Below are positions 37,808 to 46,993 of a stretch of DNA of 64,000 nt, piece after piece (position 1 is the stretch's first letter; every line of letters begins with the position of its first letter). The stretch spans positions 2,813-66,812 of the IMG/VR virus record IMGVR_UViG_3300046804_005087; one strand, written 5' to 3'. Source of the DNA: a virus. Made by a program: the position numbers and the translations under genes. Below the pieces are notes generated by a model. It was given only the letters and a program-made list of their open reading frames with translations. It was not told where the DNA came from and searched no databases.

Positions 37808-38932
37808 TTATTTAATGACTTGGACAGGCATTAATAGGAATAGGCTGTTATCGGAGCCGGTAAAAATGATGGGTTGGTTGGCTTGGTTGATTTTCAGCTT
37901 AATTTCCTTGCCCCCGACAGCGTTAATGCCGTTAACAACGTATTTAAAATTCATGCCAATCTGAGTTGGGGAATCCTTGTCACCGTAGTGATTGCCAGTA
38001 GTCGTGCAGGGAATGGATTCAGTTCCCTGTCCAATCTCACTGGAGGCGGTTTCAATGACCAGCTCTGGGGCTTCTGTCGTGTCATTAACGGTCATCGTGA
38101 TCACATTGTTTTTAGGGTCGGCAAATGCCGTTAACCGGGAAATAGCGGATTTGAGTTTGCTAGCCTCGACCGTAACCACCCATTCAAATTGAACTGGGAC
38201 TAACTGCGAAACTTTAGGAAATGCACCGTCTAGAATGCGAGAAATAATAGTTAGGTCGCCTGCAAAAAACTTAACCTGTTGTTCTCCCAATACCATCTCA
38301 ATATCGCTATCTGTACTTTTAGCGACCGATAGCAGCGCCTTCGTGGGGATTGTGACTGACAGGTCGTCTTGGCAACCGTCTGACCAGTAACGGGCTAATG
38401 TGTGCCCATTGGTGGCATTAAAATACAGCGTTCCCTTGTCAGTAGCCAGATTAATCCCACACAAAATCTGCTTAGTCTCATCAGTGGAAGCCGACGATGC
38501 GACAGCGGCGATCGCCTCACGCAATGTATCCCCTGACAATTTAATTGCCTCCCCTTCCAATTGGGGTAATTCAGGATAATCATTAGAGGGTAAACAACTT
38601 AAATCATAGTGTCCCGTATCGGACTGAATACTAAGTTTTAGGCTATCATCGGACTCTGTAAAAGATAGCAAAATATCGCCATCTAACTTAGAGACAATGC
38701 TAGAAAATAACTGATACGGCACACAAACATCCGTCGGCACCTCCCCTTGGTAATCAACCGCAAACCCTTTGTAGATAGCAGTTTTGAGGTCAAATCCACA
38801 GACCCGTCCGGTATCGCCATTGGCGTACAGTCTGACACAGGCAAGAATGGGATGGGTCGGTTTAATCGCAATGGCTTGCCCAACGATAACCAGAGCATTA
38901 TTGAGCGTTTTAGCGTTAACGTAGAATTTCAT
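37808..38932 (-). CDS. dnaN: DNA polymerase III beta sliding clamp
   Basis: PTHPILA, GFDL, DYPELP, STDETKQILCG, ATNGH.LA, SRILDG.FP, LLMPV. Confidence 0.95.
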   Translation of the reverse strand: MKFYVNAKTLNNALVIVGQAIAIKPTHPILACVRLYANGDTGRVCGFDLKTAIYKGFAVDYQGEVPTDVCVPYQLFSSIVSKLDGDILLSFTESDDSLKLSIQSDTGHYDLSCLPSNDYPELPQLEGEAIKLSGDTLREAIAAVASSASTDETKQILCGINLATDKGTLYFNATNGHTLARYWSDGCQDDLSVTIPTKALLSVAKSTDSDIEMVLGEQQVKFFAGDLTIISRILDGAFPKVSQLVPVQFEWVVTVEASKLKSAISRLTAFADPKNNVITMTVNDTTEAPELVIETASSEIGQGTESIPCTTTGNHYGDKDSPTQIGMNFKYVVNGINAVGGKEIKLKINQANQPIIFTGSDNSLFLLMPVQVIK

Positions 38933-38963
38933 TTGTTTTTAAAAATCGGCACGTCACTATACT

Positions 38964-38987
38964 AAAAAACCCGCCACTATGGACGGG
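38964..38987 (-). terminator. Intrinsic terminator
   Basis: CCCGTCCATAGTGGCGGG-T6 on the minus strand. Confidence 0.65.
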
Positions 38988-38993
38988 ATAAAT

Positions 38994-39397
38994 TTACTTT
39001 TTGCGATTAAATTGTTTACCACAGTCACGACATAACCATTGCTGACGGTTGTATGGCGTTATGCCGTTTTTGACGGTGTTTAGGCTGTCGCAGTTTGGAC
39101 AGACTTTTTTGGGAACTCAATAGGGTACATGACTTTTTCCCAAAACTCCATACGTGCTGGGCTTTGATCCTGGGATTCAATCAACATGAGTACGTTAAAT
39201 AAGCCCGTGCAATCTGACAGGGAGTTAAAAACAAAATCTTTACCTGCCCGAATCCAGTGGGCTTCCCCTTCGGTTAAGTATGTTGCCCACGATTTTAGGG
39301 CTAAGGATGCATGAGGGTGGCTGGTTTCTACAGTGAAATGAAAGTGTTCGATTTCATTGTTTATTTTTGCCATGATGCCAAATTTGATGATTCCCAT
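38994..39397 (-). CDS. Hypothetical protein (0-frame stop 39080) with -1 frameshift extension encoding a zinc ribbon
   Basis: A_AAA_AAG at 39110-39104; -1 frame reads VCPNCDSLNTVKNG...QQWLCRDCGKQF to the stop at 38994. Confidence 0.65.
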
Positions 39398-39460
39398 AGT
39401 TTTTTCTGTGGTTGGTTTGATTGTGCCCCTACTTAGCGAGAGAGGCGATCGCCAAATTAA

Positions 39461-39607
39461 TTATTCAAGATCATCTAAAAACTTCAAGACATTTTCAATT
39501 AGTGATGCCAATTTGTCGCTTTCATTGTGGTTAAGATTTTCAATTTTACCGGCATTAAGTTGGTCTTGAATGCCGTCTAACAATTCGTAAAGTTCGGATG
39601 CGGTCAT
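39461..39607 (-). CDS. Small acidic hypothetical protein (48 aa)
   Basis: MTASELYELLDG...; same AAAGGA leader as 39674-39874. Confidence 0.65.
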   Translation of the reverse strand: MTASELYELLDGIQDQLNAGKIENLNHNESDKLASLIENVLKFLDDLE

Positions 39608-39673
39608 GGTAGTTATCCTTTAGTGGTTGGTTTACGTTACCCATGCTTAGCGAGAGGGGCGATCGCCGGTTGA

Positions 39674-39874
39674 TTATTCAATGTTAGATTCTACATACTG
39701 AGTAATCAGCTCAGCTAAATTGTCGGGAGCTGGAGTGCCGTTATCATCCGACTCCCACCATTTTTCAGTCATTAATTGATTGACTGCTTTTTCTACGTCA
39801 CCATCAAACGGCTTTACAAATTCAGCGGTGGTGATTTGTCCAACAAATAGCTCGTATGCAGTGAAAGCGTCCAT
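39674..39874 (-). CDS. Small acidic hypothetical protein
   Basis: AAAGGA SD; first gene of a small-gene cluster. Confidence 0.65.
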   Translation of the reverse strand: MDAFTAYELFVGQITTAEFVKPFDGDVEKAVNQLMTEKWWESDDNGTPAPDNLAELITQYVESNIE

Positions 39875-39977
39875 GGTAGTTATCCTTTAGTGGTTGGTTT
39901 GCTTAGCGGGCTTGGCGTGTTTCGCTTGCCTCCATGTAATTACTATCTCACCCCTCCCCATGCCTATCATGTTGTAT

Positions 39978-40001
39978 TGTGACACTTTCCAAACTGTCAC
40001 A
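39978..40001. promoter_or_regulatory. Palindromic operator TGTGACA-N10-TGTCACA
   Basis: Perfect 7-bp arms upstream of the small-gene cluster. Confidence 0.6.
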
Positions 40002-40056
40002 TCCCGACCCTGTCAATTAGTTGCCATTGTTTCAAGTGAGTCGCTATAATGGGAAG

Positions 40057-40130
40057 GATTAGTTTCATTTGATATGGTTTGGTACGACTTCTATTTCCAC
40101 CGTCCCCACCGCAGCGAGGGGATTTTTTTT
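40057..40130 (+). ncRNA. Candidate sRNA 2
   Basis: TTGCCA(40021)-18-TATAAT(40045) followed by TCCCC/GGGGA-T8 terminator; no substantial ORF between. Confidence 0.5.
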
Positions 40131-40199
40131 GCCTGTAGTGTTGCAATCAACTAGAGTTGTCTATAATATTTGATAGAAGTCTCCCCCCCCCTGCATCAA

Positions 40200-43100
40200 A
40201 TGCAATTAATCAAAACAAGCAAAACTAATCCTTGCCCTGTATGCGAGACGACTAAGGGAAAATGCCGGACTAGGGATGACGGGCATGTCCAGTGTATGAA
40301 TTTCCCTGATGGTGGGGGAAATCCGCTGTATAAATACGTTGGGCTAACCTCTAACGGACTGTGGGGAATGTATTTTCCCCTAGGGAATGACGATTTTGAC
40401 CGTAGTGAATGGCAGCGTAAGAAACTTGAGAGGGAAGAAAGAGAGGCGGAACGGGAGAGACAGCGCCGGGAAAAATGCTTAGACGCCCAGAGTCGAGATA
40501 CTGAGATTCGTAAGGTGTTAGAGCAGTTGGCATTGAATGATGGCGATCGCCGTTATTTGTTGGGTCGGGGCGTACCGCTAGCCATCATTGAGCGATGCCG
40601 GTCTGTGGTGCAGTGGCAGAATTTATCTGAGGCTGTCCACGTTAGTTTGCCGGGGGTGAGCAAATACGGGAATCGGTTGAACACGCCTAATGATGGGATT
40701 TTAGTGGCAGTGCCCGACGGGAACGGCTATTTGGCAACGTTGCGACTGCATGACCGTTATACACCTGATAGAAAATATACCTGGCTAAGCAGCAAATCGA
40801 GAGGGATTGATCCGCGCTTACCCAATAAAGAATATCCAATCGGGTATTACGAACCGGCAAAAATCACAGATCATACTCGCATTGGATTGTGTGAGGGCAT
40901 GGAGTGGAAAGCCGCTGTCGCCGCCAATCGGTTAGGGTTTCCGGTGATCGGCTTTAGCGGTTGCGTGTTTTCCGGCTCAATGTCCCAGGCTAAAGCGCTG
41001 ATTGGCGACAAAACCCCCGTGTTGATTGCCGATGCCGGAGCGGTTAAAAATCCCCACGTACTCCATGCTTACACTACAACTGTCGAGATTTTTGACTTCC
41101 ATAATTTGTCAATGGAAGTGGCGTGGTGGGGACAGGTTAAAAAATCTGATGGTGACATCGATGAGATACCAGGCGATCGCCCTATTGAATTTATCTCCGT
41201 CCAAGAATTTAATAATATTGCCAATCAGAAACCAGCTAAAAATACATTTTACCAAGCTTGTATTAATCTGACTAACAAGCTAATGGGGACAGCGACCGGG
41301 GCGAAAAAACTAGCCCAACGGCTAAAAACGGGTTTAATCCGCTCAGAAGTTGATCAATATTACAAGCCGGGGGAAGGGAGTAAACTGTACGGAAAATTAG
41401 TCAGAAGCGGGCATAAATATATTTTGGACAATAGCCCAACCGGGACAGGTAAAACCCATACAGTGAGCCAGCTTAAACAGGGTGAGTGTTTCCTACAACC
41501 GGACAATGGGGATGAGGTGAGAACTCGCATTGTGTACTGCCCCCCTAGCCATCGTAATCCTACCAATGCTCAAATTGAGGAAGACTGGTTTGAGACGGCG
41601 GCCCGTAATAATGGTTATTATTTGAACTATTGCAAAACAACAGACCTAGGCAGTCCCTATCGTGAATCGTTGCAGGGATTAGGGAAAGTGGACGATCACG
41701 AACGAACTGAGAGTAATTGTCATTTAGCTGACAAATTTATGCAGTATTACGCCGCCGGTCGGGATACTAAGGGGATATGTGGTGGGTGCGAGTACCGAGA
41801 GAAATGTGCAGTTAAAAAAGGGGATGGGTTTGGGTATATTTCAGAGTCGAAAAAGTGGATTGCAGAACCATTAATCAGAACTTCTACCCAGTGGGTGGAT
41901 AAGGAGAAAGTAGAAGCCGCCGCAACGGGTTTAATATTAGATGAGGCGGGACAGGTACAGTGGACGGTTGAAAGAACTGTAACCATGAAGCAACTGGTAA
42001 AACTGTTAGGTTTGATTCGTGATAAGGATGAAAAATTACATGATAAATTGGAACCATTAAAAAATGGTTTACGAAATTTATCTGATTATAACGTTCCTAA
42101 CTGGGGATACAATACACGCCAAATAATTGATGCACTATTTTTAGATGATAGGCTATTGTATGAGCTAGGAACTATCGCCGCGATTGAGGCTGAAAATATT
42201 GACAAAAAACAAGTACAGCCAGTCTTTTTGGTGGATTTACTTGAGATTCTTTTTGGTAAAAAACAGGGGTCTTTGTTGTTAACCGAAGACGCCTTGACCA
42301 TTAAGATTCAGAATCATCGCTTAGTACAAGCTTGCCACGCGGCTAAGTGGGTAATATGTCAGGATGCAACATGGTCGAAACAACACATGGCGATCGCCCT
42401 GGGTATTCCTGAGTCTGAGATTTACGTTATTTCCCAAGAGCCGCAAACTATCACGAACCTAACTATTGAACAGTGGAAGGGGGCGGGAATTTTAGGTAAT
42501 AGTCGTACTGACAATCAATTAGAACGGTGTGGGATAATTCGCAAAGATTACGAAACCCAGTATGGCTCGAAGGTTGGGTTTATTGATTGGAAACGTTATG
42601 GGAGTCCGAGTGACTTAGTCCACTGTGGCGATAGTCGGGGTAGTAATGCGTACAAAGAAAAGGAGTTAGTGGTATCGTTTGGATTGTCCCGTCCTAATAT
42701 GAGCGCGGTTCGTTTGGAGTATGAAACCCTAACCGGTAACGTGATTGAAGGCATAGAAGATAAGCAGTTTAGTGAATTTTATAACCATGTTGTGGCGGCT
42801 AATTTGGTACAGGAAATTGGACGATTACGGGCTAACAGACGACAGGATCAGAAGTTAACCTTTGTGTTGATTGGGGATGGGGATGTAGGTTTTTTGGAGG
42901 AGTTGGGTTTTGATTTAGTGATTGGTGACATTGCCGAAAAATATCCTGATATTGACTGGGGATGGAAGGGATTTAGTAAGCGCTATTTAAATCTAGCCAT
43001 GCGGATTTGTCGGGCGGTGGGGCGTGAGAAATGGCTAGGTTTATCGTTACGGAAATGTGCAGAACTGTTAGACCGTAGTGCGGGATCTGTCTCGAAGTGG

Positions 43101-43427
43101 GTGAGACGTTGGTTTGGGGTGGAGGGCGATACCGGCGGCGTGGCGTTTGAACGGTTTCGAGAATTAGTCTACGCCGCAATCTACGGCACCAATGGCAATG
43201 TCAAGCCGTTGTCAGAAGAAGAAGAAATATATGTTAACGCCATATCTGAGCTTTTACCTCAAATCAAGACAACCGGACTAAATTTAGGAAGTGAACTCAA
43301 ATGGCTGATTGATGTATGTGGATGGACTGTATTTTTAGAAACAGTAAAACGGCTAGAAAAAGACTACTCTATTAAGCTGATAGCCCGTATTTTTGACGTT
43401 GCCCTGAGTACGGAAACGGTTGCTTAA
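40200..43427 (+). CDS. Primase-helicase replication protein (Zn finger, Toprim/DUF3854-like, helicase, C-terminal HTH)
   Basis: CPVC..C, LCEGMEWKA, ADAG, GDIDE, SPTGTGKT, ILDEA, QEIGRLR, LRKCAELLDRSAGSVSKW. Confidence 0.85.
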   Translation: MQLIKTSKTNPCPVCETTKGKCRTRDDGHVQCMNFPDGGGNPLYKYVGLTSNGLWGMYFPLGNDDFDRSEWQRKKLEREEREAERERQRREKCLDAQSRDTEIRKVLEQLALNDGDRRYLLGRGVPLAIIERCRSVVQWQNLSEAVHVSLPGVSKYGNRLNTPNDGILVAVPDGNGYLATLRLHDRYTPDRKYTWLSSKSRGIDPRLPNKEYPIGYYEPAKITDHTRIGLCEGMEWKAAVAANRLGFPVIGFSGCVFSGSMSQAKALIGDKTPVLIADAGAVKNPHVLHAYTTTVEIFDFHNLSMEVAWWGQVKKSDGDIDEIPGDRPIEFISVQEFNNIANQKPAKNTFYQACINLTNKLMGTATGAKKLAQRLKTGLIRSEVDQYYKPGEGSKLYGKLVRSGHKYILDNSPTGTGKTHTVSQLKQGECFLQPDNGDEVRTRIVYCPPSHRNPTNAQIEEDWFETAARNNGYYLNYCKTTDLGSPYRESLQGLGKVDDHERTESNCHLADKFMQYYAAGRDTKGICGGCEYREKCAVKKGDGFGYISESKKWIAEPLIRTSTQWVDKEKVEAAATGLILDEAGQVQWTVERTVTMKQLVKLLGLIRDKDEKLHDKLEPLKNGLRNLSDYNVPNWGYNTRQIIDALFLDDRLLYELGTIAAIEAENIDKKQVQPVFLVDLLEILFGKKQGSLLLTEDALTIKIQNHRLVQACHAAKWVICQDATWSKQHMAIALGIPESEIYVISQEPQTITNLTIEQWKGAGILGNSRTDNQLERCGIIRKDYETQYGSKVGFIDWKRYGSPSDLVHCGDSRGSNAYKEKELVVSFGLSRPNMSAVRLEYETLTGNVIEGIEDKQFSEFYNHVVAANLVQEIGRLRANRRQDQKLTFVLIGDGDVGFLEELGFDLVIGDIAEKYPDIDWGWKGFSKRYLNLAMRICRAVGREKWLGLSLRKCAELLDRSAGSVSKWVRRWFGVEGDTGGVAFERFRELVYAAIYGTNGNVKPLSEEEEIYVNAISELLPQIKTTGLNLGSELKWLIDVCGWTVFLETVKRLEKDYSIKLIARIFDVALSTETVA

Positions 43428-43459
43428 TATAGCCACTGTAATCAATTAATCTATACGCG

Positions 43460-43879
43460 GTGAAAAACTTTTTAGGATTTGACTTTTTTTGCGAACAGAC
43501 AGTAGACGGTTTATGGACTGGCTACGGCACAAATGGCAGTGTCAAGCTCGAAACAGTGACAGAGCCAAGCTTAGATAGTTTGTATTCTGTTTTTGAGCGT
43601 CAAGCTGTAGTATATCAGTGTCAAGCTGATATGGGGGCATCGTGGGTAACGCTAAAAGACGATTCTGGGGCGGTTGTTTACGTTAACTTGCCCTGCCAAG
43701 CGTTATCAGCAGAAGTCTCCCAATTAGCGGTTGATATTAACCAAGAAAAGACTGCTATTTATGACGGGATTTTTGATAACAAAAAAGCACAGTATCGGGT
43801 TAACGTGCGCCCCTTTAAACACTATGCTTTATGTAAGTTAATTGGTATTTATACTGAGCCTAATTTGTTAAAGCTTTAG
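43460..43879 (+). CDS. Hypothetical protein
   Basis: 139-aa ORF after the primase. Confidence 0.55.
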   Translation: MKNFLGFDFFCEQTVDGLWTGYGTNGSVKLETVTEPSLDSLYSVFERQAVVYQCQADMGASWVTLKDDSGAVVYVNLPCQALSAEVSQLAVDINQEKTAIYDGIFDNKKAQYRVNVRPFKHYALCKLIGIYTEPNLLKL

Positions 43880-44295
43880 AGGTCAAACTTTTTGCAAGCT
43901 TGCTGATAAAGTAAGTCGCCATGTTCTGAGTTTTGCTCATAACAATAAGCAAGTATTTTAGCGTGCCAACGGATATAGATTTTAACTTGCTCAGTGTCAA
44001 TTTGAGCATGGCTTTTATGATTCGTTGTAACTGCATTGGTTTGCGTTGGCTGGTTAACTGGGACAAATTCCCCATCTTCCATAATGTGGGTAATGCTGTA
44101 AAAATTGCCGTTTTTAGACACCATAATCATGTCCCCTTCTCTAAGGTCTAAAAATAGGCGATCGCCATCTTTACCGTAGAGAGTGATAGGGGTATTGTCC
44201 TCTAAATAGGCTTTTACAATGAGTCCCGGTTCACCGTCTTTTTTTCTAATATATTGCTGGGCTGATTGGCTAATGATGGCGGTAATTTCTGACAT
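43876..44295 (-). CDS. Hypothetical protein (possible OB-fold)
   Basis: 139-aa ORF with TTAAGATAG motif upstream. Confidence 0.55.
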   Translation of the reverse strand: MSEITAIISQSAQQYIRKKDGEPGLIVKAYLEDNTPITLYGKDGDRLFLDLREGDMIMVSKNGNFYSITHIMEDGEFVPVNQPTQTNAVTTNHKSHAQIDTEQVKIYIRWHAKILAYCYEQNSEHGDLLYQQACKKFDL

Positions 44296-44333
44296 AATTA
44301 ATGTTTAGAATAGACACAGCTATCTTAAAAATT

Positions 44334-45686
44334 ATGTCTGAATTAAACATCTATCAAAACCAACCTTATCCTACAGAGCCGATGCTTAGCGTATCGGTAG
44401 AATGGGTTACACAAATTAGTGAGAATCGGTCGGGTAAAGAGAATAGAATCCCTAAAATAACCGAGCCACAATATAGCATTGAAGGGTCTGATTTTGTTTT
44501 AAAAGATGAGGATTTCGCCGTATTTGTGCAAGCTTTTATTAACGCTGAGGGTAAAAATAATGCGTTTCCTTTTAAGTGTCCTTTGGATTACTATTGCACA
44601 AAAGATGGGGAGTTTTATGATTCTGCTAGTTTTCAGCGGGGCATTTTAGTCCCAATTGATAGTCTGAATTATCAAATTGTTAAACAGTATCGGGTCGGGG
44701 CAGTTAATGCTTACAAAACAATTACATTGCCGGTAGACGGAACAATTCATGTTTATGCGGGCAACACAGAGGTATTTCCAACTGTCAATTTATCGACAGG
44801 TATAGTTACTTTTGCATCGTCTCCAACCGGGGCATTGAGTGTGGAGTGTGAGTTTCGTTTACCGATGCGGTTTGATATAGACGATAACCAGCTAAACCAA
44901 ATTAAACGAGCTGTCAATTCTATTTATTCAGCCAACGATACCAGTCTATATTTAGCAGTTAATTTTAGACTATTAGAAGATATGAATTATGAGCGTAAAA
45001 CACCTTTGATTTTTTATGATTGGACTGGTAGCTTAGGGTATAATTTTGATGGGCATCCTTTGGCGGATATTGCCTATTCTGACCGCAGTTTAACCCGCAT
45101 TCAATCGTCAGATAATAAACGGGAATTGCGAGATGGATTAGGGGTATTTAGAAAAAAATATGCAATTGCCAATAACAACATGAACTGGAATGCTACCCAA
45201 AAGTATTTTAATCTGTTTATGGCGTGCAAAGGGCGTTTATTGCCGTTTACGTTTGAAGGGCAAACCGTTAGGTTGGATAGCGATGTTTTTAGCGTTTCAA
45301 TGATTGGTTATAATAATGTAACAAAAATAAATCCACCGCCAATAATCATTGAAAACGACACATCAAGCTTTAGCTTTGATCTTGGCAGTCCTCCCAATGG
45401 TCGATATCCAAGAACAGTAGTCGCTCCCGAAACTGTACAGAACTACGTCAGCCAAGGTTATACAGCAAAGGCATATTTAACCAGTGCAACATGGGATAAC
45501 GGGTTTATTGCTGTTGAAGGTGGATACTCCGTTGGTCAACCCGGTGATTCGTGGCCTGACTTGGGTAGTTTTTCGGGGCAATATTTATACTTTGGAGAGG
45601 GGACGGAAATTGATGTTTTGATTGTACAAGAATCAGGCGGCCCATGTTATTTTTACGGGACGGTGACATGGGAATTGACACGATAA
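44334..45686 (+). CDS. DUF2460 (GTA-like distal tail) protein
   Basis: SGKENR, F.FKCPLDY, YQIVKQY, TGIVTF..P, EFRLPMRFD; second degenerate copy of the domain. Confidence 0.8.
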   Translation: MSELNIYQNQPYPTEPMLSVSVEWVTQISENRSGKENRIPKITEPQYSIEGSDFVLKDEDFAVFVQAFINAEGKNNAFPFKCPLDYYCTKDGEFYDSASFQRGILVPIDSLNYQIVKQYRVGAVNAYKTITLPVDGTIHVYAGNTEVFPTVNLSTGIVTFASSPTGALSVECEFRLPMRFDIDDNQLNQIKRAVNSIYSANDTSLYLAVNFRLLEDMNYERKTPLIFYDWTGSLGYNFDGHPLADIAYSDRSLTRIQSSDNKRELRDGLGVFRKKYAIANNNMNWNATQKYFNLFMACKGRLLPFTFEGQTVRLDSDVFSVSMIGYNNVTKINPPPIIIENDTSSFSFDLGSPPNGRYPRTVVAPETVQNYVSQGYTAKAYLTSATWDNGFIAVEGGYSVGQPGDSWPDLGSFSGQYLYFGEGTEIDVLIVQESGGPCYFYGTVTWELTR

Positions 45687-45779
45687 TCAGCAGTCCAATC
45701 CCGTATATGTCAACACCAGGGGCGGAAGGAATTTTAAGCCCACGGGGGATAATAACGGCAACTCCTATTAATTGATCAA

Positions 45780-46649
45780 CTAGACTAATGTTCTGCCATT
45801 GCCATTATTGTAAAGATAATCAATCTCTTCTTGATTTAAAATACCTGCTATTATATAAAATTCGTCAATGTATCCATTCAATTGAGTTGTTGGAACAGAC
45901 CCAGCATAGCCAGCTAATCTAAAATTCGGGGCAGTCCCCCAAAAATCAGTACCACTAGGGAATGTGCTGCTGGTATTTTCTAAAACCCCATTAATATATA
46001 GCCTTAAAAATGTATCATTTTTTTCATATACTAAGTGATACCAAGTGTTAATAGACAATAATTGAGTAGAGTTTGCGGTCACGATAATTCTTTGATTGTT
46101 TGCAAGTGCGTAATATGTAGCAATAGATGGAGATAAACCTGTATTGTTTGCTCCACAACCAATACCATTGTCGGACACAAGTTGGGCTTGATATATTCCC
46201 CAAGGGCCCGCATAATTAAAGCTATTCCAGCGACACCAGCAGGAAATCGTGTAAATGTTGGCGGTTCGTAAAGTTTCATTGATTCTAATACTTGCCGCTG
46301 AATTATTCCCCCCTGTATAGGACAAAGCGTTCCCTATTTTTGAAACGGAGTTTTGAACTGTTCCAGCAACCGTAAAATTACTGTAGCCACTAGCTTTAAT
46401 GTCTGAAGTAGTAGAATTTCCAGACCATCCCCATAAAGTTTTAGATCGTAAAATATCTAAAATAGTTGGCGGCGGCGGCAATGAAATAACTTGATAGTTT
46501 ATTGTTTTGTTTTGTCTGTCTGCCAATCCATTTCTAAGTTTTTGAGTGTGAATGATGCCGGTGCCAGGTGTTGCAATAATTTTGCTCCCAACACTTAACC
46601 CAGTCCTGATAATCTTGCCGCATTTATTGCCAACCTTATGAATAGTCAT
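45780..46649 (-). CDS. LamG/concanavalin-like structural protein
   Basis: TISCW...NTWYHLV...LYING...GYIDEF...EIDYLYN. Confidence 0.8.
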   Translation of the reverse strand: MTIHKVGNKCGKIIRTGLSVGSKIIATPGTGIIHTQKLRNGLADRQNKTINYQVISLPPPPTILDILRSKTLWGWSGNSTTSDIKASGYSNFTVAGTVQNSVSKIGNALSYTGGNNSAASIRINETLRTANIYTISCWCRWNSFNYAGPWGIYQAQLVSDNGIGCGANNTGLSPSIATYYALANNQRIIVTANSTQLLSINTWYHLVYEKNDTFLRLYINGVLENTSSTFPSGTDFWGTAPNFRLAGYAGSVPTTQLNGYIDEFYIIAGILNQEEIDYLYNNGNGRTLV

Positions 46650-46993
46650 AGCGTAATCACAAAATAATCAATACTAATTTTTGCGTCCGTTGTAGTCGTT
46701 GCGCCGCCTCTTAATTCGTCCCCAGCCTCAAGGTAGAAAGTCATTAATTCAACCGGGGGAATGTTGCCAGATGTGGCGTTATTAGCGGCAATGGGGTAAG
46801 TATTTAAAAGTTCATAGGTAGCGTTTGCAGAGCTATCAAACCGGCTTAATGTTACTGTTCCTGCCGTTGCGCCATTACTAATAGTGATATGGTCAATCTT
46901 GATTCTAGTCCCCGCAGATGCGGTTAACAATGCCGTGGTTAACGTGCTATTCAAAACAGCCCCTTTAAATTGTGGATCGGAAATTGTAGACAT
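46646..46993 (-). CDS. Small virion structural protein
   Basis: Jelly-roll-like pattern ...LEAGDELR; coupled within the tail operon. Confidence 0.55.
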   Translation of the reverse strand: MSTISDPQFKGAVLNSTLTTALLTASAGTRIKIDHITISNGATAGTVTLSRFDSSANATYELLNTYPIAANNATSGNIPPVELMTFYLEAGDELRGGATTTTDAKISIDYFVITL

